A DNA stretch of 62,017 nt, the filler included, from Porpidia crustulata (taxonomy: Eukaryota), in assembly GCA_964255105.1 (NCBI GenBank). It is 5 parts of 5 records of this genome, joined end to end, with 100 filler letters (N's around TTAATTAATTAA, not from the genome) between each part and the next. Parts side by side here need not be neighbours in the genome. Positions count along the whole stretch, not along the records: positions 1 to 12,338 come from CAXUWE010000546.1; 4 more parts are not named here. One strand, given 5' to 3'. The notes under the pieces are model-generated. The model saw only the letters and a program-made list of their open reading frames with translations, was not told the DNA's origin and did not search any database. This document shows, piece by piece, positions 1-9,702 of the stretch; positions within the stretch are counted from its first letter, which is position 1, and each line of letters begins with the position of its first letter. Both the position numbers and the translations under genes were made by a program.

Positions 1-472
1 GACCTAAAGGGGTTTGGTAGGGGAAGGATGGGGCTATCATGGTGATGGTTATATAGCGCTCGGATTGTGAGTATATATCCCGAGTATGGACGGGAAATTC
101 GTCCATCAACCCCGCGAGGAAAACTGAGATGCATACACTTATATCACACACCCACGACTCTGTTCAAAGAAGTTTCGCATTCTGATTCCTATGCCTTCTA
201 CCTAACAAAAAAAAACGAGAAAGAAAAAGCTACCGGATAGCTAGCTAAATAGTGATACACAGCATCGCAGACCTTGCAATCACGCATGCAGCTCTTCAGG
301 TGCACGGGTCCTGCTCCTTGATGATGACACTTGCGATTCCCAAACGCCCATCCATCCACCAGCAGCAGCCTCAGCCCGCGGATCCACCGACCGCGCTACT
401 CTACCCGATCGCGATGTAAAGACAATGCGATACCCGATCACGGGTGTAGGAGTTCGATTCATGATGCAAAAC

Positions 473-1429
473 TCATGAGAACTGGATCAAGAGTGTCAGC
501 ATCCACAACGCGTCCCGTGGAGAAAGCAAAGGAACGGGAAAAAAACCTACCTTCCACCGCTTCCCACAAACCGTACACTCGCAGAAAGTCGTCATCGGCT
601 CATCCGCGCTCCGCGTCTGCGCCTGGCTGTAGCTGACCTTGCGCTGCCCGCACTTGCCGCACGTCAGGCTGGTGCTGATGCTGCGCTCCGCCTGCGGCAT
701 CATCGCCTCGTTCATGTTCTTCTTGAGCGCCTCCTCGTCCTCCGCCCGCCGCTCCGCCGACTTGAGCTCGTCGTGCGTCATCACCACGAACTTCTCGGGC
801 GTGATCTCGCCGGACATGACGCGCACGCGCAGATTGGGGTTGGATTTGTTCTTGAGGTTCTGGAAGAGCGAGCGTACTTTGAATTTGTAGGATTCGTTGG
901 TTTCGGGGCCGTAGGTGGCGAAGGCGGCGGCTTCGACCGCGACCGCGTGGGTGAGGACTTCTGAAGGGGGGACGGTCGAGGTGTGGGCGAGGCCGTTGTA
1001 GATTAGGCCGATGCAGTTATCGCGGGTGGATTGGGTGGTGCGCTTAATGTCTACCTTATCCTTCCGGTAGTCACGCTGGTCGGGAGGTACTGTGAGAGCT
1101 GACTGTTCGGGTGCGGGGGAGTTGGTGGAGGTTGGGGGCGATGGAATGGACTTTTTGCTTGATTGCGAGGAGGGGCTTCCTTTTGCTTTGTAGATATCAT
1201 CCCGCCATTTCTTAACAATCTCGTTGGCCAGGCGACCGACTTCAGGATTCTTGTGCTGTTTCGATCGATTGACTACCACACCGATCTTGGTCTGGCGCAG
1301 AATCTCCTCTGAGGCGACAACGCCAGATTTGAGCTCGTTCAGGATGGCTATGATTGTTGCAGGTGGTTCTCCAGCCGATGAAGCTTTCTGTAGTGCCTTG
1401 GATTTCTCAAGGATTTGTTTGGTATCCAT
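473..1429 (-). CDS. DST1: Transcription elongation factor S-II (TFIIS)
   Basis: ATG at 1429 (MDTKQ...). N-terminal TFIIS domain, central domain (YKFKVRSLFQNLKNKSNPNLR) and Zn ribbon CGKC...QTRSADEPMTTFCECTVCGKRWK. A GT-AG intron at 550-482 precedes the last exon FS*. Confidence 0.97.
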   Translation of the reverse strand: MDTKQILEKSKALQKASSAGEPPATIIAILNELKSGVVASEEILRQTKIGVVVNRSKQHKNPEVGRLANEIVKKWRDDIYKAKGSPSSQSSKKSIPSPPTSTNSPAPEQSALTVPPDQRDYRKDKVDIKRTTQSTRDNCIGLIYNGLAHTSTVPPSEVLTHAVAVEAAAFATYGPETNESYKFKVRSLFQNLKNKSNPNLRVRVMSGEITPEKFVVMTHDELKSAERRAEDEEALKKNMNEAMMPQAERSISTSLTCGKCGQRKVSYSQAQTRSADEPMTTFCECTVCGKRWKVGFFPVPLLSPRDALWMLTLLIQFS

Positions 1430-2059
1430 TTTGCGTAGCACAGCGAAGTATGATATGGCCTGAAATTTGGAATCCGCTTCTAAAATAGATATTGGATCTT
1501 TGGGACGTGGTTTGAACACTGCTCAAGCTTCTGCACACGCCTAGCTGATAGAATTTGTGGGATATCGAAGTGAATCCGTGTTACATTTTGGTTCCGCCGT
1601 CGACCATGGGAGTCAGAGACTTTCAAGAAGGAATTTGCGAGTATTACCCTAATGCCCCACTCGTCAGCATGTATGAGGTGAATTAGCTCCTTGAGCTCCC
1701 AGTACTTCGACATGTAAATGTAGACCTGGGGCAAGAGCGAACATGTTGAAAACAATATGAGGTAGCACTGTGGAGTTTGCTATGAGACAATGCTGGGCCA
1801 CTGATTGGCAATCAAGAGTCCCCAACTCATTCACTGAATGAAGGTCGAAAGCGCCGTACTCCCACCCTCATACATCAGTAGCAGAATATGGTGAAATCAT
1901 CGCGTGTGCCTTGCTGGAAGCTTAACATGCAATACAGTAGGACAGACGCGCAAATTGAACTCAAGTGTCTGCCTCACTTCCAGTGACAATCACAGAATGG
2001 AAGGAGGATTGCTCTTACTCACCGGCAGATTTAGGAATAGTCTCACATCAACACCTCTG

Positions 2060-2843
2060 ATCTAAAGCTGGGTAGGGTTGACAGAGCCGCATGATGCAAT
2101 TAGCATCTGTAATTTATATGGCACGCTAGTCGTAGATCGGTAGCCGAGACTTTCAGCCTCTGTCATCCCCCCAGCAGTGCCAATACCCCGCCATTGACAG
2201 CTGTCTGTTCTTGACAACTTCCTCTCGCTCCGTCTGCAAGACGCCGTCGTTCTGATACCATTTTAGTTCTTCAACGCCAATACTACTCGTTCCTTTAGAT
2301 CAAGATACAACTTTCAAAATGTCAAGCGCCGGGTTCGTTCCCCATTTATCGCATCATTTCTCAATCGACAATTCTGGGTGCTGATTCGAAGTCCTCCCCT
2401 CTGCAGACAGAAGACCGTGGGCCAGCAGTATCAGGACAAAAGTTCCAACCCTGGGAAGAAGCCCACTGAGATCGCTGCCTCTACTCGTGACAAGGTGATT
2501 GGGGTTGGTCAACCAGGCATGTCTCTCTAGGAGAATGGCCCTTTGGAAACCTGTGGGAAAAGGTGGCGTGCTTGTCAACTGACTTTAAGGTATCTATCAG
2601 GCGATTCCAAGTCCACATTCGATAAGTTATCTGAGCCTCGTCCGGCAACGAGTAACGTCCGGAAATAATCGAGGCATAAAGACATAGTGGACGAGATTGA
2701 TGATTTAGTGACCTCATGAGGACAGACTTGGGGATGGGTGCACGGAAAGACTCTGAACAACTCAAGCGGTATTCGTTATCATCCGGGTTAGTCCTGACTA
2801 GTAGATCTTGATAGTAGTCAAGGCACATTGTTGATCCACTCAA
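2060..2843 (-). pseudogene. Possible decayed gene of unknown family
   Basis: ORF 2843-2481 overlaps a second frame (2578-2354). That frame continues past two TGA codons into ...GVEELKWYQNDGVLQTEREEVVKNRQLSMAGYWHCWGM. No family recognised. Confidence 0.25.
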
Positions 2844-3012
2844 TTTGGAACAATCCTATATATTCAGTAAACATCCATCGTGACATAATTAAAGTATCGC
2901 TGTCCCAATGCGCCACGCTGGAAAGGCTGGACCACAAAAGCATTATAGATATACATCATAAGAGAACCTCAAAAGCCAGCGCTGGCTACACGTCCCATAG
3001 ATTCTTAGTAAA

Positions 3013-4106
3013 TTACTCATGGCCCTGGTCATCGGTCCTGTGTCCTTCTTCAGCCTCCCTTTCTCGAACCTTGCTCTGATCTGCGTGTTTCGCCGGATCA
3101 AAGACGTATATAGGGAATTCCAAGAACAACGTGCGCTTCAAAATTGTCGGCATTCGCACATAGAGCATAGGAGGGAACGGTATGAGGATGCTGGTTCGCT
3201 TCGTATATATCGAGAAAGACTCCCAGTGATTACCACTCTCATAGCGCTTCTTTGCTCCCGGCCGTTCTTGCAAGGTGAGTCCAGATACGAACATGAGCAA
3301 TAGAGTCAGGAAAAAGGCTCCAAGTATACTGGCATATAAGGCATTGTAAGTACCACCATGTACATAGCCATACGCTGCTGGCGACACGGCAATCATGAAA
3401 ATTGCTGAGGATTATCAGCGAAAGGACGGCACACCGGGAAGATCAGACGCCTACCGAATTGCATTATGATTTCTCCAAAATAATTTGGGTGTCTTGTCCA
3501 AGTAAATAGTCCAATATCGCATACCTTACCCTTGTTCTCTGGCCTGCTTCGGAAGCGGTATTTCTGGATGTCCGACACGCTCTCCATGAGGAAACCAATA
3601 ACGAACATAATGACTCCTGCAATGTCCCTGCCTGTTCCAAATGCTGGCTGCTGAAATTTGGTGACATTGGGCGAATTCAAGATAGTCACGGGCAAAGACA
3701 CGGTCCAAACCCACAGCATCTGGAAGACCCAAAACCCAAGGAAGGAGAAGAATTTGTCTCTTTTATCGTCGAAGCGATCGTCCTTGCCGGTTTTGATAAT
3801 TCGGAAAAGGAGGAACCCTGAAAGCCTGGCACCCCATAGCATGATGAACAACGAGTCCACGATTTGGCGAGCATTATGATGACCTGAAATTGCAAGAGTG
3901 ATGATAGTGAGAACCACAAAGTTCGTTCCACCCGCAAAATCTGGTGAAATCAGTACTTCAATATCGCTAGTCATGATAGTTGACGTACCTGTAAGTTTAT
4001 CAAATTTGAGGGAGAATGCTATGGAGAAAAAGAAGAGCTGATAGCCAATGGTGATTAACAGCGTGATCGCAAGGTAATAGTCGTCTAAGACATGAATCAC
4101 GGTCAT
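3013..4106 (-). CDS. DUF1295 / steroid 5-alpha-reductase-like membrane protein
   Basis: ATG at 4106 (MTVIHVLDDYYL). Motifs DKLTDFAGGTNF after removing intron 3988-3941, WGARLSGFLLFRI, DDRFD and WTRHPNYFGEII. Second intron near 3454-3404. Confidence 0.92.
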
Positions 4107-4957
4107 TGTGGCTGAACCGCAGCAGGTAATATCAAAAAAGCATTTAGTGGTGTAAGAAAGAGACGTCTTTGACGAGATGAGCGATGATGCGAAGGTCGCA
4201 GAATTCACAAGTCTCACACTTTTGCAAAAGCGCAACGCTCGTACAAATCGTAATGTCGACCGCTTTAGGCAACAAGCTCGTCCAGGGTCTCTAGGTGACG
4301 TGATGACGTCGATGACATCGTAGTGATTGTGTACTAGTTACTCTAGCGCCGGAAAATTGAGCGCCGACTCTCGCCGAAAAAGAGCCTCAATCTCGGCACC
4401 TCGGTAAGTCGGCCGGCCTCCTATGGTCATGTGATTGAAAGCCCCCTCGGTCACTTGCGGCGCTTTGTTAATCGCTCTCTTTCATTGTCTCTATGTCGAT
4501 AACTATACGGGAGCACCATCCAAGTTCGTCTGCCTTTAAGTTTGTCGATTGATGATTCCATGTGTCGTGGAAAAGATCAGAGACTCGGTACATTTGCATT
4601 GCCCCGGTGCCTTGATGGTAAAGATGAAACGCATTGTGTGAGTGAAAGCGCCGAAGGAGAATCGACCAATTATGACGTTCTCATGCGCATGAACCGCTGG
4701 AACAGAGTGTATAGGATGGATCTCTGCATGATCAATTTCTTTTGGAGACCTTCCATACATATTCGCACTGGTTGCTGGTTGTATGTTGGATTGACTGCGC
4801 CGTCTCGTCGTCCTCACGCTCATTGAATCGTTTACTGTTACCTGGTCTTGCTTTTCAACTTCTATTCCGACCCATTTTACCCAAATCTGGGTGTTTAATT
4901 TGTTGCATTTGCAACTAATCGTCAAGATCTCTTCTGGCCTAGACACATTTCGCCCGA

Positions 4958-5999
4958 ATGCTGTTAGCTAATCGAGCACTTGGGCTGTGGCTGGGATTGT
5001 GCTTATGCTCTCACAATCTAAAGATCGTCGGTGCTGAGGTTATTCATGAGCATATCACAGTGGAAATATCACCAGGGCAGTAAGTTGTCGATTATCATAT
5101 TTTGCGAGAGCACTGGGTGCTGATGATCACAGGACAATGGAGGCTCTCCACCTAACAATCGCGGAGACCGTGGGTGTAGTAGCAGAAGTATCAGCGAATA
5201 TGTCCGAGGTGGCAACAGCAACGCAAACAGTTCGTTAGAGACCACAGATATAGAGACTACTTACTGATGTAATCAGCCCGAGTCATCTGTATGTGCGAAA
5301 CTTACAGTGATAATGAATAACAGTGCTACTCCAAAAACAGTCCGTTGCTCATTCATCCATATTATTGCTATATACTGACCATATCACTAGTCTCTCAAAC
5401 AACTAAGCTCTGCACTTGCTCAGGTCGCCGTAGAAAGTGCGCCGGTCCCGCCAACTCTTACGACCACAGCACCAGAGAACCTGAGTACCAACTTGAATAT
5501 AACCCAGCCAACCGGTACAGCTTACAGCGGAGGAGTCATGCCGGTGGAAGCTCCATTTGCGGGACCATGCAATTGTCAATGCATGTGCCCATCAGCTAAC
5601 TTTCCGCTTGCTGCGAACATGGCAGCAATGGTATCAACACCGCTGGTAAAGATATCCACGCTGCAGAAAATGACATCAACAACCCCTTTAATTCAAGCTA
5701 GTCCACAGCCTCCAACAGAACAGCCTACAGCGACCAACGCGATAGAATTACCGCAGGCCAATTCGACTTCACCAGTAAGCTCTGCCGCTTCCACGCCGGT
5801 GGTCACAGCCGTAGCTCAGATGGCTAGCTCTAGCACAGCTTCTTCTGTACCTCTGACTGCAGCTACTGATGCGCCGTCCGGGTCATCATCGCCTCCTTTG
5901 CCGCAGGATTCAAAGTCTTCTGCGACTGCTGCGTTCGATATCAATACATATCCGTTGAGCAGTGCCGTTACCGCAGCTGTTATTATTCGAAGATGGTAG
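4958..5999 (+). CDS. Putative secreted Ser/Thr/Pro/Ala-rich protein, four exons
   Basis: Manual model with exons 4958-5079, 5133-5229, 5277-5339 and 5391-5999. All introns are GT-AG with branch points and the frame is kept. The N-terminus MLLANRALGLWLGLCLCSHNLKIVGA looks like a signal peptide, and a CNCQCMC motif is present. Confidence 0.7.
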
Positions 6000-6026
6000 T
6001 CGTAGCATAAATAGTTCATGAAGCCA

Positions 6027-7151
6027 TCATCCATGACCGTTTGACTCAGCTGTATTTTGGAGAGGTGCCACACTTGACGGCTTGGGATTTCCCTCTGGAG
6101 TCGGCGACGCCTTTGAAGGAACGTAGGTACTGTTATTCTGGCCCTGGCTTTGTTGGAGTCTCGCCTTCTTAGCTTGACGTTTCTGTTCCCTGTTGGAGAT
6201 TGGTTTGACTTCAATGGTAATATCATCTTCAGCTACATCATCGAGAACGTCGGCCTTTCTTTTGTTGGTCTTCCCAGGTTTTGTTTTACCATTCTTTCCT
6301 GCAGTCTCTGTGACCTTTTCAGGTCTTTCCCCCCCATAAATTACATCAATCACTCCTCTAAAGCTCCTCCGCTTCATTTCCGCTTGGACAACAACGTTCC
6401 TCGCTTCCCTTCCTATGGCCTCCATACCTCTTTCCTGACTCAACCCCCATAATACTCCAAGATTGACCACATCTGAGGGTCCTCGACAAGCCAACACTCT
6501 CCTCGCTTCACTACTGATGATGATACCTCGTCCCCTTGTAGCTCGTATTAATTGCGTAGCATTGCTGATGAGGTTTCTCCTTGAAGTGCCCCCGTCGCTT
6601 GCCAGAACACCTGCAGCATAGCAGATTTCAAACCTAACGCCCCGTTTCAGGGCAATAGAACAAGTCTTGTGCTTGAAGTAGAACGGAAAGCGTGTGCTCA
6701 AGTCCAGTGAAATTATATCGCACTCAAGAGACTGACAAGCCTGAAGCAGGGCCCGTTCGTTGGCCGGGCGGAGGGCCAGGATGTCGTAGGCTGACGCAAG
6801 AGAGGCCAAGCGGTGGTTCTGGGAGGGGTCGGATAGGCTGAGCGTGCAGCGGCGCAAAAGGCGAAGTCCATTCGGATGAGGAATTGGGAAGGGCGTCGGA
6901 ATAACGCACGCCTAAACTATTTCAGTTGCAATCGTGATGAGATGACGAGGGTGACACACGAGATCCGCAGGTAATTTTCCTGTCAAGGCATAATCGATGG
7001 CGACAACATTATAGCCAACTGTATTTCATCAGTTCTAGCTCAGAGGTGGGAGGAGTTCGTGGACGGTTGACTCGCGTTCGGAGAGGAATGATAGAGTCAA
7101 TTTGATCTCTCCATAGTCTGAGCGCCAAGGAACAGAAAGGTCATAGAACAT
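6027..7151 (-). CDS. RPP1: RNase P/MRP subunit p30
   Basis: ATG at 7151 (MFYDLSVPW). Motifs LGYNVVA, YDILALRP, DIISLDL, RGVRFEICY, RRNLISNA and IISSEA..RGPSDVVNL. Two introns, the first GC-AG (7075-7019). Confidence 0.94.
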
Positions 7152-7488
7152 CCTCAGCTTATCTCTTCTCTATATCCCCCCAATCAAAGCCAATAATTTT
7201 TATGTGCAGAAGGGCTTGCGCACCGGCACATTGAAGATCTGCGTCTGCAGGACGGCGTCATAAGCGAGGGTGGCCCGAGCTTTCGGGGCGCGGTAAACCT
7301 TAGCCGCAGTGTCACCTCGAGATCTGAATCAACGGCTTCAAACTATTCCCGCAATCCGGCTCTGTTATCTGCGATTTGGCAACTTTCAGGATCCAGAGTC
7401 ACAAGACAGTATTAGCGTTTACGCAGCTGTAACCAAACTACATTCCAGACAGGATCCTGCGCACAAGGACGGCGAGGCTGTGAGAAGG

Positions 7489-8714
7489 ATGGCGCGGGTA
7501 TATGCCGATGTTAATCAGCATATGCCAAAATCTTACTGGGAATATGATACAGTCAACATCACTTGGGGCGTGCTCGAGAACTACGAAGTAGTGAGGAAAA
7601 TTGGTAAGTCTTGCGCCACCTGTCCTATTCTTGCAATCATCAATACTTATCTTGCACAGGACGTGGGAAATATTCGGAGGTCTTTGAGGGCATCAATACA
7701 GTCAACTATCAGAAATGCGTCATCAAAGTTCTGAAGCCAGTGAAAAAGAAGAAAATCAAGAGAGAAATCAAGATTCTGCAGAACCTATCTGGAGGACCGA
7801 ATGTGGTCGCATTGCTGGATGTCGTAAGGGATAACGCAAGCAAGACTCCATCGTTGATCTTCGAGTATGTCAACAACACGGATTTTCGGAGCTTGTACCC
7901 AAAGTTCGTCGACTTCGATGTTAGGTATTACATCTTCGAGCTTCTAAAGGTATATTTTCAAGAAGGGCTAGTCATAGCAGGGATTTTGCTAACCGAAGTT
8001 GTAGGCACTGGATTTCTGCCATAGTAAAGGAATTATGCACCGAGATGTCAAGCCTCACAATGTCATGATCGATCATGAGAAACGGAAGGTAAGTTAGGCG
8101 CCTCTCCCATCACGAACATCCACTCACTGTCCCGCAGTTGCGTCTCATCGACTGGGGTTTAGCAGAATTCTACCACCAGGGCACGGAATACAATGTCCGG
8201 GTGGCCTCAAGATATTTCAAAGGGCCAGAACTTCTTGTCGACTTTCAGGAGTATGACTACTCCTTAGACATGTGGTCATTGGGTGCCATGTTCGCATCTA
8301 TGATATTTCGCAAAGAACCTTTCTTCCATGGCAACAGCAACTCGGATCAACTTGTCAAGATTGCCAAGGTGTTGGGCACTGATGATCTATTCGAATATCT
8401 TGACAAGTACGACATCGAACTTGATGCACAATATGACGACATTCTGGGGAGGTTTCCAAAAAAGAATTGGCATGGCTTTGTAAACGCGGAAAACCAACGT
8501 TTTGTCAGCAATGATGCTATTGATTTTCTTGACAAATTGCTACGCTATGACCATCAGGTGAGCCTAATCCGATAACTTGAGATTGGTGAACAATAGCAAA
8601 ATGGCTTAATCGCACTAGGAGCGCTTAACCGCAAAAGAAGCTATGGCACATCCCTACTTTAGCCTTGTCCGTAATGCCGCTGCCTCTCAAAACCACTCAT
8701 CTTCGGTATCATGA
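7489..8714 (+). CDS. CKA1: Casein kinase II catalytic alpha subunit
   Basis: MARVYADVN..., [46 protein letters not shown]. Four introns; the last exon [14 protein letters not shown] ends at TGA 8712-8714. Confidence 0.98.
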
Positions 8715-9702
8715 TTTCTCTTACTCGCAGGCGACAGGGGGTGTTTCTCATGGTAGCATGGCCGCTCCTATGCACCAAAGCTCAGCTCTGCGGTCTCGTT
8801 CAGAAATTCTCCACTTATTATAGAGGATTTCTTATCCGCCATAGGCTATGAAGTCTCGACAGCTTTTTCATACAGTCACAGAATTGGGTCTGTACCGATG
8901 GCTTTTTCCGGTGTCACAATTCGTATTTACCATATCCACTTCAAGATGGTCACTATACCTGTTATGAAAACGGGAGAACTTAAACAATTCGTTCTCAGCA
9001 TAAGCCCGGAGTACTCGAGGAGGAAAAGGACGATCCAACGCAAGACCTCACGGCCGTACATTTCCCATATACTGTATGTTAATTTCAGCTAACTGTTTCG
9101 CAAAATACCCTATTGTATTACAAGACATTCATGGAGGTCAAATGATACTCAACAGATCCACGATTACATTGAAAGGCGTGACTCAGGGATGACGCAGGAA
9201 GGGGGAGCTCAAAGTTTCTGCAAGCCCTGAAAAGATGTCATTGCCCAGCGAGATATTAGCTCTTACTATAGCGAGGTTTTCAGATAAAACATAAATATAT
9301 ATACATCTTACAAGCCATCTGCAATATCTGAAAGGAGGTAGCCACAGAAAGAGTCATTGTATACCTTACCAGAATAGTACTAGCGTACTATTGTTTCCAG
9401 CCGAATACCTTATCAGTAATACATAATGTGGATGATCGATGAATCATATCCTAGAAGTTAGAGTCACAAAACAGTGTTACTGCCACGTACAGACCTTAAG
9501 AGAGAGGGTAAACTCTTGCGCAAAGCACTACGCTAGAAGGCGAAACGGCTTACTGTTATGAATCAGCGCAGTATCTAGACGATCTATCGCAAAATCCGAG
9601 CTTCGACTCTCGACGGGGGAGCGTAAATTCAAAATTATTCGAAAAGCGCTTGCTGTGCGCGGTACACTCTGGAGATATCCTAGAGCCCGCGGAGGATTCG
9701 GC

